From Candidatus Heteroruminococcus faecigallinarum (GTDB lineage: Bacteria > Bacillota > Clostridia > Oscillospirales > Ruminococcaceae), in contig CAJFKV010000003.1 of NCBI GenBank assembly GCA_904387055.1, positions 17,499 through 81,498 of the forward strand: DNA of 64,000 bases. Direction: 5' to 3'. Positions 28,540-37,726 of the stretch are shown here, piece after piece. The translations under genes and the position numbers were made by a program. A model generated the notes under the pieces. The model ran no database searches. It saw only the letters and a list, made by a program, of their open reading frames with translations, and was not told the origin of the DNA. Numbering within the stretch: the first letter of the stretch is position 1; every line of letters starts with the position of its first letter.

Positions 28540-28935
28540 ATGGTTACCTGGATCATTCTGGCAGCGGTGATCCTCATCGCTGTGTACACGGTTGGTTCCT
28601 ATCGGAAAAAGCTGACCTCCGGCTGCTGCGGCGCCCAGGGGGACGGAATGGAAAAGAAAGTAAGGGTGGAGGACCGAAACAAGAACCATTATCCCTATCA
28701 GGCGGTAGTAACCATTGATGGGATGGTTTGCGGCAGTTGCAGCCGGCGGGTGGAGAATGCCCTCAATCGGCTGGATGGGGTATGGGCCCAGGTGGATCTG
28801 GGGGCGGGTACCGCGCTGGTGCGGATGAAATACCCCGTGGAGGATGCCGTCCTCAAGGAAGCAGTAAACAGGAGCGGGTACACGGCCCTTCGGATTACCC
28901 ATCCGACGGGGCCGGTTTCCCAGCCGCTGCTGTAA
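28540..28935 (+). CDS. membrane-anchored heavy-metal-associated (HMA) domain protein
   Basis: N-terminal TM helix followed by SGCCG (this resembles FeoB-associated Cys-rich membrane peptides), then a canonical HMA domain VVTIDGMVCGSCSRRVENAL. Confidence 0.8.
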   Translation: MVTWIILAAVILIAVYTVGSYRKKLTSGCCGAQGDGMEKKVRVEDRNKNHYPYQAVVTIDGMVCGSCSRRVENALNRLDGVWAQVDLGAGTALVRMKYPVEDAVLKEAVNRSGYTALRITHPTGPVSQPLL

Positions 28936-28980
28936 AAAACCGCCCGCCGGAATCGTTCCGATTCCGGCGGGCGGTTTTTT
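28934..28980. terminator. bidirectional intrinsic terminator
   Basis: A-tract, ACCGCCCGCCGGAATCG and CGATTCCGGCGGGCGGT arms, then T-tract. Confidence 0.8.
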
Positions 28981-28995
28981 GCGATACGGGAAAGG

Positions 28996-29508
28996 CTACA
29001 GGGTGAGGGTGGGGGCGGCATAGGTCCGGGCGGCCAGCTCGCTGTCCACCATATACAGGCCCTTGGGATCGCTTCCAAAGAGCTCCATCTTGGTAATCAG
29101 GTCGTGGGAGTTGGTTTCCTCTTCCCCCTGCTCCTTCACAAACCAATCCAGGAACTGGGTGGTGCGGAAGTCCTTCGCCTCCTGGGCGGCGGCGTAGATG
29201 GTGTGGATGAGCCCCGTGACATACTCCTCGTGGGCCAGGCCGGCCTGGAGCGGGTCCATCAGGGTCGAGAAGGCGGTATCCGGCTTGGGGATGGCCTCCA
29301 GCGTGACGGGGGCGTTGTTGTTCTGCAGGTACTGGTAGAAGAGCATGGCGTGATCCCGCTCCTCCTGGGCCTGGACCTTGTACCAGTTGGCAAAGCCATG
29401 TAGGCCTTTTGCTTCGTAGAAGTTGGAAAAATCCAGATACAGATAGGCGGAGTAGAATTCCTTGTTGATCTGGTCATTGAGCAGGGTTGCCACCGTCTTG
29501 TTCAGCAT
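28996..29508 (-). CDS. ferritin (non-haem, Ftn type)
   Basis: MLNKTVATLLNDQINKEFYSAYLYL...QAQEERDHAMLFYQYL... ferroxidase-centre residues. Confidence 0.92.
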   Translation of the reverse strand: MLNKTVATLLNDQINKEFYSAYLYLDFSNFYEAKGLHGFANWYKVQAQEERDHAMLFYQYLQNNNAPVTLEAIPKPDTAFSTLMDPLQAGLAHEEYVTGLIHTIYAAAQEAKDFRTTQFLDWFVKEQGEEETNSHDLITKMELFGSDPKGLYMVDSELAARTYAAPTLTL

Positions 29509-29561
29509 AAAAACAACCTCCTAGTATCAAGAATGGGGAAGGCGCCGGTGTTTCCACCTGT

Positions 29562-29591
29562 ATTATAGCCCCGGCGGGCGGGTTCCGTCAA
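29562..29591 (-). promoter_or_regulatory. sigma-A promoter for ferritin
   Basis: On the minus strand: TTGACG, 18-nt spacer, TATAAT. Confidence 0.5.
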
Positions 29592-29710
29592 TTCCCGGCG
29601 GGGGAGAAGTTGTTAGAAAAGATTCCATAAGGCATCGGAGAAAAGGATGGCAAGATGGGCGCCGGGTGTGGTATGCTGTAGCCAGCGACGCAGAAAGGAG
29701 CGGAAAGAAC

Positions 29711-30148
29711 ATGGAGGAGTTTTTCCAGGCGCTGAAGGAATTTGCCCGGGAGGAAGCCGCGGTGGAAGGCATTCTCCTGGTGGGGTCCTATGCCAGAGGA
29801 ACCAACAGGGAGACGTCCGACCTGGACCTTTGCATCCTGACCACCAGGAAGGAGGAGATGGTCCGCCATCCGGCGTTTGTGGGCCGGTTCGGCGAGTACC
29901 GGGAGCTGCGGAGGGAGGAGTATGGAGCCTGTACCTCCATCCGCGTTTTTTACAAGGACGGCCGGGAGGTGGAGTTCGGCATGGTGGACCCGTCGTGGAT
30001 CCGCCGGCCGCTGGACGAGGGGACGAAACAGGTGCTGCGGGGCGGGTACAGGGTCCTGGCGGACAAGAAAAACTACTTTGCGGAGGAAAGCCTTTCCCGG
30101 GAGCTGGAGGAGCTGGCGGCGGGAACAGAATCCGGGACGGCCCAATAG
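29711..30148 (+). CDS. nucleotidyltransferase-domain protein (minimal NTase / ANT-like)
   Basis: RBS AAAGGAG. ...ILLVGSYARGTNRETSDLDLCIL... (GS-x9-DxD signature). Confidence 0.75.
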   Translation: MEEFFQALKEFAREEAAVEGILLVGSYARGTNRETSDLDLCILTTRKEEMVRHPAFVGRFGEYRELRREEYGACTSIRVFYKDGREVEFGMVDPSWIRRPLDEGTKQVLRGGYRVLADKKNYFAEESLSRELEELAAGTESGTAQ

Positions 30149-30170
30149 AGTGAAAAGAGGAGGCGGAGAG

Positions 30171-30608
30171 ATGGAGATGCGGGAGCTGCATGTGGAGCAG
30201 GCGGAAGAAATCCAGGAGGCGATAGAGAAGATCTTTTCCCCAGCCCCCTGGAACGATGTGTGGACAAAGGAGCAGCTCCAGGAATATGTTCTGGAGCTGC
30301 TGGAGAACCGCAATCCCCTGTCGCTGGGGCTGTATGAGGGAAATTGCCTGATTGGCATCTCCCTGGGGCGGATCAAGCACTGGTGCATGGGGACGGAGTA
30401 CTGGATCGAGGAGTTTGGCATCCTTCCGCAGTGGCAGGGAAAGGGGAAGGGCGGGGAGTTCCTCCGGAAAATCCAAGGCCATCTGGCGGAACGGGGGATC
30501 CACCAGATGGTCCTGTTGACCGAGAGAGGGGTGCCGGCCTACGGGTTCTACCAGAAAAACGGCTTCCAGGAGGTGGAGGGCCAGGTGCTCTTTGCCTGGG
30601 AAGGATAA
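30171..30608 (+). CDS. GNAT-family N-acetyltransferase
   Basis: RBS GGAGG. ...IEEFGILPQWQGKGKGGEFL... acetyl-CoA loop and ...GFYQKNGF.... Confidence 0.8.
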   Translation: MEMRELHVEQAEEIQEAIEKIFSPAPWNDVWTKEQLQEYVLELLENRNPLSLGLYEGNCLIGISLGRIKHWCMGTEYWIEEFGILPQWQGKGKGGEFLRKIQGHLAERGIHQMVLLTERGVPAYGFYQKNGFQEVEGQVLFAWEG

Positions 30609-30635
30609 GGGGGAACAGCCCTCGGCGGCTTCCTG

Positions 30636-31718
30636 TTACGGGGAGGGGGACCGGTCCTTGCCTGGGGGTGTGGGCAGGTATCCCTCCCGGATCAGAAAGA
30701 CGGCCAGCATCGCCAGCAGCGGGGCGGCAATCATCCCGAGAAAACCGGCCAGGTGGAGCCCCATATACATGGCGGTGACGGTGGCGACCGGGTGGAGCCC
30801 CAGCTGCTGGCCCACAATCCGAGGCTCCGCCACGTTGCGCACCAAGGTGATGACCCCCCACAGGGCCGCCAGCCCCGCCCCCAGGGACGGCCTCCCCAGC
30901 AGCAGCTCGATTGCTGCCCAGGGAAGAAGGACGGCGCCGCTGCCCAGTACAGGCAGGATGTCCAGGGCGGCGATGAGGGCGGCCATGGCCAGAAAGTAGT
31001 CCACCCCCAGCAGCCACAGCCCCGCTGCCAGCTCCAGAAAGGTGAGGAGCAGGATGAGAAAGTAGGCCCGGCAGAGACGGAGCATCGACCCCAGCAGGAA
31101 GCGCTTGGAGCCCAGGAGGGCCTCCCCCACAGGGCGGGGCAGATGGGATACCAGGAAGCCGGTAACCTGGTTGTAGTCCAGGGTGATGAGCACCGAGGAG
31201 AGAAGGGTGAGCACCAGGGCGAGAGCGGCGGACGGAAGGGCGGCGGCCAGATGGGCGATGCCGTCCATGGCGGCGGCGGAAAGGCTGCCCAGGCAGCTCA
31301 TCCCCGCCTGGGTGAGGGTTTCCATCAGCTGGCCGGTGGGGATGGGGAAGAGGCGGGGGAGAAAGCGGGAGACCCGCTCCAGCCATGCCCCGAGGGCGAG
31401 GGCGGTTTCCTCCCACAGCTGGGGCAGATGGGAGAAGAGGGAGACTGCCTGGGAGCAGGCCAGCCACCCCACCGCCCACAAAGCGCCGCCGATCCCCAGG
31501 TAGAAGAAGAGACAGGCCAGCAGGGCCGCCGGCCGGCGCCGGACCCCTCGTTTTGCCATCCAGCAGGCGATGGGGTGGATGAGAACCGCCAGCCCCAGCC
31601 CCAGCAGGAAGGGGAGAAGGCCGGGCAGGGCGACCCGCAGGAAAAACCACCCGGCGGCGACCAGCGCCCCGGCCAGCAGCAGATTCAGCAGGAGATGTTC
31701 TTTTTGCGGACGGGTCAT
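30636..31718 (-). CDS. AI-2E family transporter (sporulation YtvI-like integral membrane protein)
   Basis: Start MTRPQKEH (RBS AAGGAGG). 360 aa, 7-8 TM helices, ...DILPVLGSGAVLLPWA.... The track ORF is over-extended to 31916. Confidence 0.75.
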   Translation of the reverse strand: MTRPQKEHLLLNLLLAGALVAAGWFFLRVALPGLLPFLLGLGLAVLIHPIACWMAKRGVRRRPAALLACLFFYLGIGGALWAVGWLACSQAVSLFSHLPQLWEETALALGAWLERVSRFLPRLFPIPTGQLMETLTQAGMSCLGSLSAAAMDGIAHLAAALPSAALALVLTLLSSVLITLDYNQVTGFLVSHLPRPVGEALLGSKRFLLGSMLRLCRAYFLILLLTFLELAAGLWLLGVDYFLAMAALIAALDILPVLGSGAVLLPWAAIELLLGRPSLGAGLAALWGVITLVRNVAEPRIVGQQLGLHPVATVTAMYMGLHLAGFLGMIAAPLLAMLAVFLIREGYLPTPPGKDRSPSP

Positions 31719-31897
31719 CCTTCTCGGCCTCCTTTGAATGGGCAACAGGGGAACAAAACAGTAGAAAAGCGGGACGATTTCTTTGAAACAATCGGGAAAA
31801 GCAGAGATAATCCAGAGAAAACAGGCGAAATCAAATGGTAAAATAGGAAAACAAGAAAATCTGAAAGGATTTGACCAAAAATAACGAAAAGAAACGA

Positions 31898-31926
31898 TTG
31901 TCTCCGAACGGCGCACGTGGTATAGT
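31898..31926 (+). promoter_or_regulatory. sigma-A promoter for the ACT-hom-thrB-ask operon
   Basis: TTGTCT, 17-nt spacer, TATAGT. Confidence 0.5.
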
Positions 31927-32001
31927 TGTATTCAGTTGCGGTACAATCGTATGTGATATAGGGACTTGTTCCCGCCGGCAACCAAAAGGGAGGAGAAAAG
32001 A

Positions 32002-32442
32002 ATGGGAGAACATGCAAAATATCTCCTGGTGGACACCAAGGTGCTCCCCGATGTGTTCTTGCGAGTGGTACAGGCCAAGCGCCTGCTGGCCCAGGGCAAG
32101 GCGGACAGCCTGTCCCAGGCGGCCAAGATGGCCGGAATCTCCCGCAGCGCGCTTTATAAGTATAAGGACTTCGTCCACAATTATGACGAGAGCCTGCGGG
32201 AAAATATTTTGAACATCTCGGCAACCCTGGAGGACCGGCCGGGGGTTCTGTCGGCGGTGCTGGGGGAGCTGAGCCGCTTCCACGCCAACGTGCTCACCGT
32301 CAACCAGAACATCCCCTTTGACGGGGTGGCGCCGGTGTCCCTGTCGGTCCGGTACGACCGGGGGGACGGGGAGGACGCCCTGCTGGAGGCCCTGCAGGCC
32401 TTGTCCGGCGTGGTGGATGTAAAGATCGTAACGTCACGATAA
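32002..32442 (+). CDS. ACT-domain protein (UPF0735/PheB-like) with an N-terminal HTH-like segment
   Basis: RBS GGGAGGAG. MGEHAKYLLVDTKVLPDVF...GISRSALYKYKD...ATLEDRPGVLSAVLGEL.... Confidence 0.75.
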   Translation: MGEHAKYLLVDTKVLPDVFLRVVQAKRLLAQGKADSLSQAAKMAGISRSALYKYKDFVHNYDESLRENILNISATLEDRPGVLSAVLGELSRFHANVLTVNQNIPFDGVAPVSLSVRYDRGDGEDALLEALQALSGVVDVKIVTSR

Positions 32443-32465
32443 CAGACAACAGGAGGAAACGGAAG

Positions 32466-33695
32466 ATGAATGTAGCAGTTATGGGATACGGCACTGTGGG
32501 CGTGGGGGTGGTGGAGATTCTTCGCCGCCATGGGGACGACATCGCCCAAAAGGTGGGCCAGCCCCTGCAGGTGACCAAAATACTGGTGCGCCATGAGTAC
32601 CCCGGTTCCCCGGATACGGAGCTGTTTGTCCAGGAGTTTGACCAGATTCTCCGGGACGAGAGTATCCAGCTGGTGGCCGAGGCGATGGGCGGCCTTCATC
32701 CCGCTTACGACTATATCAAGGCCTGCCTGGAGGCCGGCAAGAGCGTGGTAACGGCCAACAAGGAGCTGGTGGCGGAGAAAGGGGCGGAGCTGCTGGCCAT
32801 CGCCGCCCGGCAGGGGGGCAACCTCCTCTTTGAAGCCAGCGTGGCCGGGGGAATCCCCATCCTCCATACCCTCACCAACTGCCTGTGGGCCAATCGGATT
32901 ACCCGGATTGCCGGTATCCTCAACGGCACCACCAATTTCATCCTTACCAAGATGTTCCGGGAGGGGATGAGCTTTGACCGGGCCCTGGGCATCGCCCAGG
33001 AGAAGGGATATGCGGAGAGCGATCCCACCGCCGACGTGGAGGGGATCGACGCCTGCCGGAAAATCTGCATCCTGGCGGGGCTGGCCTTCGGCTGCCAGGT
33101 TCTCCCGGCCCAGGTGCCCACCAAGGGGATCTCCTCGGTAGGGCCGGAGGATGTGCAGTATGCCGCCGGCTGGGGCGGGGCGATCAAGCTGCTGGGCCAG
33201 TGCAGCCTGGCCGAGGACGGCCGGGTGTGGATCTCGGTGGAGCCGGCCTTCGTTCCCGGCAGCAGCCAGCTGTGCCGGATTGACGACGTGTACAACGGGG
33301 TTGCCGTGCGGGGCGACTCGGTGGGCGAGGTGGTCCTGTACGGCCCCGGCGCCGGGCGGTTTCCCACCGCCTCGGCCATGGTGTCCGACCTGATGGAGGC
33401 GGCCCGCGCAACGGGGACCCTCCCCATGTACCGCTGGGAGGACAAGGGGGACCGGACGGCCGATCCCATGACCCAGCCCACCGCCTGCTATCTGCGGCTG
33501 GAGGGCCCGGGGGCCGGCGACAAGGCGAGGGAGCTTTTCGGCCAGGTGGAGGAGCTGGACCGGGCCGGGCGCCCGGCGGAGGAGTTTGCCTGCATCACCC
33601 CCCAGCTGCCCCTGGGGGAGATTCTTCTCCGAGTGGAAGCCCTGGAGAAGGCGGGGATCCGCTTGCTGGGCAGGATGCCCGTTTCCCCCCTGTAA
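32466..33695 (+). CDS. hom: homoserine dehydrogenase
   Basis: MNVAVMGYGTVGVGV..., central catalytic domain (...GILNGTTNFILT...) and a C-terminal ACT-like region. Confidence 0.92.
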   Translation: MNVAVMGYGTVGVGVVEILRRHGDDIAQKVGQPLQVTKILVRHEYPGSPDTELFVQEFDQILRDESIQLVAEAMGGLHPAYDYIKACLEAGKSVVTANKELVAEKGAELLAIAARQGGNLLFEASVAGGIPILHTLTNCLWANRITRIAGILNGTTNFILTKMFREGMSFDRALGIAQEKGYAESDPTADVEGIDACRKICILAGLAFGCQVLPAQVPTKGISSVGPEDVQYAAGWGGAIKLLGQCSLAEDGRVWISVEPAFVPGSSQLCRIDDVYNGVAVRGDSVGEVVLYGPGAGRFPTASAMVSDLMEAARATGTLPMYRWEDKGDRTADPMTQPTACYLRLEGPGAGDKARELFGQVEELDRAGRPAEEFACITPQLPLGEILLRVEALEKAGIRLLGRMPVSPL

Positions 33696-33719
33696 CGGCA
33701 CCGAGAAAGGAGCAAAGCC

Positions 33720-34649
33720 ATGGTTCATCTGCAGATTCCCGCCACCAGCGCCAACCTGGGAGCGGGCTTCGATTCCCTGGGGATCGCTGTCACACTGTAC
33801 AACCAAGTGAATATAGATGAAAGTGAGGGGGTTTCCATCACCGCCCTGGACGGGGCGGCGATCCCCCTGGACGAGAGCAACCTGATTTACCAGACGGCGA
33901 GCCGCCTGTTTCGCCTGTGCGGCCGGCCCTTCCGGGGGCTGACCATTCAGCAGGTGAACGAGATCCCCATGGCCCGGGGGCTGGGCAGCAGCTCGGCCTG
34001 CATTGTGGCGGGGCTGCTGGGGGCCAACGAGCTGATGGGGCGGCCCTTGGAGATGGGGGACCTTCTCAACGAGGCCGCCGCCGTGGAAGGACACCCGGAC
34101 AACGTCGCCCCCGCCCTGCTGGGGGGGATGGTGACCGCTGTCGTTGAGGACGGCAAGGTGTGGCAGGTGAAGCAGGAGCTTCGGGACGACCTGGCCATGG
34201 TGGCGGTGGTGCCCGACTTTCCCCTGAAAACCGCCGATGCCCGGGCCGCCCTGCCGGGGGAGATCCCCCACAGGGACGGGGTGTACAATCTGTCCCGGGC
34301 GGCGCTGATGGCCGTATCCCTGGCCAGCGGCCGGTACGAGAATCTGGCCGTGGCCTGCGGCGACCGGCTTCACCAGCCCTACCGGCTGAAGCTGATCCCC
34401 CACGGGGAAGAGGTGCTGGCCATCTGCCGGGAGCTGGGGGCTTACGGAGCATATCTGAGCGGGGCCGGTTCCACCTTGATGGCGCTGGTTCCCCGTTCCC
34501 GCGCTGGGTTTGCCAGCGAGCTGAGGACCCGCCTGGACCGGCTGGGTCTGGAGGGGTGGAAGATCCACACGCTGGCGGCCGACAACGCCGGCGCCCGGGT
34601 TCTTCCCCAGTCATGTCCGCCGGCGGAGGCCGGCACAAATGGGAGGTAA
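33720..34649 (+). CDS. thrB: homoserine kinase
   Basis: PATSANLGAGFDSLG and GHMP motif PMARGLGSSSA. Confidence 0.92.
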   Translation: MVHLQIPATSANLGAGFDSLGIAVTLYNQVNIDESEGVSITALDGAAIPLDESNLIYQTASRLFRLCGRPFRGLTIQQVNEIPMARGLGSSSACIVAGLLGANELMGRPLEMGDLLNEAAAVEGHPDNVAPALLGGMVTAVVEDGKVWQVKQELRDDLAMVAVVPDFPLKTADARAALPGEIPHRDGVYNLSRAALMAVSLASGRYENLAVACGDRLHQPYRLKLIPHGEEVLAICRELGAYGAYLSGAGSTLMALVPRSRAGFASELRTRLDRLGLEGWKIHTLAADNAGARVLPQSCPPAEAGTNGR

Positions 34650-34653
34650 TCGA

Positions 34654-35859
34654 ATGGCTTTGATTGTACAGAAGTTCGGCGGCAGCTCGGTGGCGGACGC
34701 TGAACGGATTTTCAATGTGGCGCGGATCATCGGCGATACATACGACGCGGGCAACAGCGTGGTGGCGGTGGTCTCGGCCCAAGGGGACACCACCGATGAT
34801 CTGATCGCCAAGGCCCAGGAGATCAACCCCGGCGCTTCCAAGCGGGAGATGGATGTGCTTCTGTCCACCGGAGAGCAGATTTCCATCTCCCTGCTGGCGA
34901 TGGCCCTGGAAAAACTGGGGTATCCCTGCAAATCCCTCACCGGCTGGCAGGCGGGGGTGCTGACCGATTCCACCCACGGCAGCTCCCGGGTGCGGCGGAT
35001 CAACAAGGAGCGGCTGGAAAACGAGCTGGGCAAGGGAAACATCCTGATTGTGGCCGGCTTCCAAGGGATCAACCGGTACGACGACATCACCACCCTGGGC
35101 CGGGGCGGGTCGGACACCAGCGCGGTGGCGCTGGCCGCCGCCCTCCATGCGGACAACTGCCAGATCTTCACCGATGTGGACGGGGTGTATACCGCCGATC
35201 CCCGCCTGGTGCCCAATGCCCACAAGCTGGAGGAGGTCAGCTACGACGAGATGCTGGAGCTGGCTTCCCTGGGGGCACAGGTGCTCCACAACCGGTCGGT
35301 GGAGATGGCCCAGAAATACAATGTGAAGCTGGAGGTTCTGTCCAGTTTGGAGCGGAAGCCCGGTACCCAGATTAAGGAGGTAGTACAAGTGGAGAAGATG
35401 TTGATCAGAGGCGTTGCAAGGGACAACGACGTTACCCGTATTTCCATCATCGGCGTGGCCGATACCCCCGGCGTGGCCTTCCGGATCTTCTCCGCTCTTG
35501 CCGCCGCCAAGATCAACGTGGACATCATCCTCCAGTCGGTGGGGCGGGACGGCACCAAGGACATCTCCTTCACCATCTCCCGGTCCTACAAGCACGAGGC
35601 CATGGAGATCATGGAGAACCTGAAAACCGCCCTGAACGCCCACGAGGTGGCGGTGGACGACAATGTGTCCAAGGTGTCGATTGTGGGGTCCGGCATGCAG
35701 ACCAATCCGGGCGTGGCCTCCAAGATGTTTGAGGCCCTGGCCGACGCCAACATCAACATCCACATGATCTCCACCAGCGAGATCAAGATCTCGGTGCTGA
35801 TCGATCTGGACGAATCCCAGCGGGCGGTGGTGGCGATCCACGAGGCCTTTGAGGTGTAA
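34654..35859 (+). CDS. aspartate kinase
   Basis: RBS GGGAGG. MALIVQKFGGSSVAD..., two C-terminal ACT domains. Confidence 0.92.
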   Translation: MALIVQKFGGSSVADAERIFNVARIIGDTYDAGNSVVAVVSAQGDTTDDLIAKAQEINPGASKREMDVLLSTGEQISISLLAMALEKLGYPCKSLTGWQAGVLTDSTHGSSRVRRINKERLENELGKGNILIVAGFQGINRYDDITTLGRGGSDTSAVALAAALHADNCQIFTDVDGVYTADPRLVPNAHKLEEVSYDEMLELASLGAQVLHNRSVEMAQKYNVKLEVLSSLERKPGTQIKEVVQVEKMLIRGVARDNDVTRISIIGVADTPGVAFRIFSALAAAKINVDIILQSVGRDGTKDISFTISRSYKHEAMEIMENLKTALNAHEVAVDDNVSKVSIVGSGMQTNPGVASKMFEALADANINIHMISTSEIKISVLIDLDESQRAVVAIHEAFEV

Positions 35860-35877
35860 ACAGCGGGGCAAAACGAC

Positions 35878-35915
35878 AGAAGGGGCAGGTTCCCAGACGG
35901 GAACCTGCCCCTTCT
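35878..35915. terminator. hairpin between convergent ask and methyltransferase genes
   Basis: AGAAGGGGCAGGTTCCC and GGGAACCTGCCCCTTCT arms. Confidence 0.65.
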
Positions 35916-35930
35916 TCCCTGCGGAGGGGG

Positions 35931-36662
35931 TTATTCCGGCTTGCGGGCCCGGACCAGCAGCATCATGGGCCGGCGCAGCTCGTCGGCCATGCCGGGCAGA
36001 TCCATCATCTCCTGGGGAGGCATGGCCTCCTCCACCGCCTCCAGGACAAAGCCCGTCCCCAGCAGGCCGCCCAGAATCTGGGAGAGGGTGTGGTGTTCCT
36101 TTTCCACCGGCTGGCCCAGGAAGCGGGTCTGGCGGGGGCCGGGAGAAAAATACCTGTCCACCGGCCAGTAAAGGGGACGGCCTTCCCCGTCGTAGATCCA
36201 GTCCTGGCCGACCCCAGCGGTGAAGACGGGGTGTTCGATGTTTAGCAGGAAGACCCCGCCTGCCGTCAGGGTGCGGAACACCTTCCCGTAGATGCTGTCC
36301 AGATCCCGCAGGTAGTGGAGAACCAGGTTGGAGAGGACCAGGTCGTAGGCCGCCGGGGGGTAGGAATAGTCCTCCAGGGAGCCCACCTGGTACCGGATGA
36401 CCGGGTGGGGGTTCTTTTCCCGGGCGGCGGCGATCATCTTCTCGCTCTGGTCGATTCCCAGAACCTGGGCGGCTCCCTGCTGGACGGCATACTGGCAGTG
36501 CCAGCCATAGCCGCACCCCAGGTCCAGGACGGTTTTCCCCGCCAGCGGGGGAAAGAGGGGGAGGAGCTGGTGCCATTCGCCGGCCCCGGCCAGGCCTTCC
36601 CGGCTGCGGGACATCTTGGCGTATTCCTGGAAGAAACGGTCGTTGTCGTAGAGGGTGTTCAT
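35931..36662 (-). CDS. class I SAM-dependent methyltransferase
   Basis: Start MNTLYDNDRFF (RBS AAAGGAG). Motif I VLDLGCGYGW. The track ORF is over-extended. Confidence 0.85.
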   Translation of the reverse strand: MNTLYDNDRFFQEYAKMSRSREGLAGAGEWHQLLPLFPPLAGKTVLDLGCGYGWHCQYAVQQGAAQVLGIDQSEKMIAAAREKNPHPVIRYQVGSLEDYSYPPAAYDLVLSNLVLHYLRDLDSIYGKVFRTLTAGGVFLLNIEHPVFTAGVGQDWIYDGEGRPLYWPVDRYFSPGPRQTRFLGQPVEKEHHTLSQILGGLLGTGFVLEAVEEAMPPQEMMDLPGMADELRRPMMLLVRARKPE

Positions 36663-36875
36663 GGCGGCGCTCCTTTGTAACCATGTGGATTGGCCCGAAA
36701 GGCCTTGTTTCTTGATTATATCGGTTTTTATGCCGATCGGCAAGGACAGGCCCGGTTTTTTGGGGGGGAAAACCAGTCTTCTCAACCGCTGGTAGAGGAG
36801 GGGAAACCAACAGTCGGTTGCCTTTTTGTTTTGGGTGTGGTATGCTGGCGGGGATTACGGAAGGAGGATGGAACG

Positions 36876-37289
36876 ATGGGAGAGGAAACCATGGGCGTCC
36901 GGATTGCCCGGCTGCGCCGGGAACGTGGGATGACCCAGGCAGATTTGGCGAACCAAATGGGGGTGACCGACAAGGCCGTCTCCAAATGGGAGAGGGACCG
37001 GTCCTGCCCGGATCTGCACTCCCTGCCTCGTTTGGCCCGGGCGCTGGGGGTACCGGTGGAAGAGCTGCTGCCAGGGGAGAATCTGACAAAGCAGACGGCG
37101 GCGCCTGCCGCCGGGGGGATTGTTTCCATCCGGAGGATCGCCCCTTTGGCGGGCCGTGCAGTGGCGGTAGCCATGGGGGTGGCGGTGGCGGTTCTTTCCC
37201 GCCTGGGGGAGCTTTCCCTTGTAGACGGGATCCAGATGGTGGGCATCGGCCTCGCCTGCTTGGGATTGGCCTCCCTGGCAGAAGAATAG
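36876..37289 (+). CDS. XRE-family HTH regulator with a C-terminal membrane anchor
   Basis: RBS AAGGAGG. IARLRRERGMTQADLANQMGVTDKAVSKWERDRSCPDL, then a hydrophobic C-terminal ~60 aa. Confidence 0.8.
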   Translation: MGEETMGVRIARLRRERGMTQADLANQMGVTDKAVSKWERDRSCPDLHSLPRLARALGVPVEELLPGENLTKQTAAPAAGGIVSIRRIAPLAGRAVAVAMGVAVAVLSRLGELSLVDGIQMVGIGLACLGLASLAEE

Positions 37290-37344
37290 GGGACGGATCC
37301 TTCCAGGCGGATGGGGTACGCACAGAGAAAAGGCCATTTCCCCG

Positions 37345-37373
37345 TTGACAATTTTCCCCCGGCCTTTTATAAT
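37345..37373 (+). promoter_or_regulatory. consensus sigma-A promoter for the valS leader
   Basis: TTGACA, 17-nt spacer, TATAAT. Both hexamers are perfect. Confidence 0.8.
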
Positions 37374-37379
37374 GAGCCT

Positions 37380-37658
37380 AGATGGACAAAGGATGAACGG
37401 CAGTGACAAGGAGGAGTATCCCTTGCCCCCCGGCAGAGAGAGAAGATGGCTGGTGGAAATCTTCGCGGGGAGAGGGAGAAGGTCGCCTTGATAGCCCCGG
37501 CCCCAACGGGAAGGGTTTCCCCAGTAGGCGTCGGCGGAGGTTCCCCCGTTACCGGGAACGCGGCGTCTTGACGCCGGCAGAGCGCGGGGGCCTGTCCCCC
37601 GAAGTTAGGTGGTACCGCGGATGATTTCGCCCTAAGCTGGAAAGCTTGGGGCGTTTTT
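37380..37658 (+). promoter_or_regulatory. T-box riboswitch leader (valine-specific, candidate GUC specifier) with terminator
   Basis: AGAGA box, GCTGGTGGAAA distal-loop motif and the T-box sequence AGTTAGGTGGTACCGCGG. Terminator CGCCCTAAGCT/AGCTTGGGGCG plus T6. Candidate specifier in GAAGGTCGCC. Confidence 0.85.
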
Positions 37659-37726
37659 TCGTTTTTTCCCTTCTTCCTTTGGCCGCCGCAGCCGAGAACA
37701 AACCGAAAGAGAGGTTAACGAGCGTT

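Noticed and set aside
29611-29616. TGTTAG half-site upstream of ferritin
   Set aside because: Only one arm of the GTTAG-N6-CTAAC palindrome is present (the other arm reads TTCCA), so I did not count it as a fifth site.
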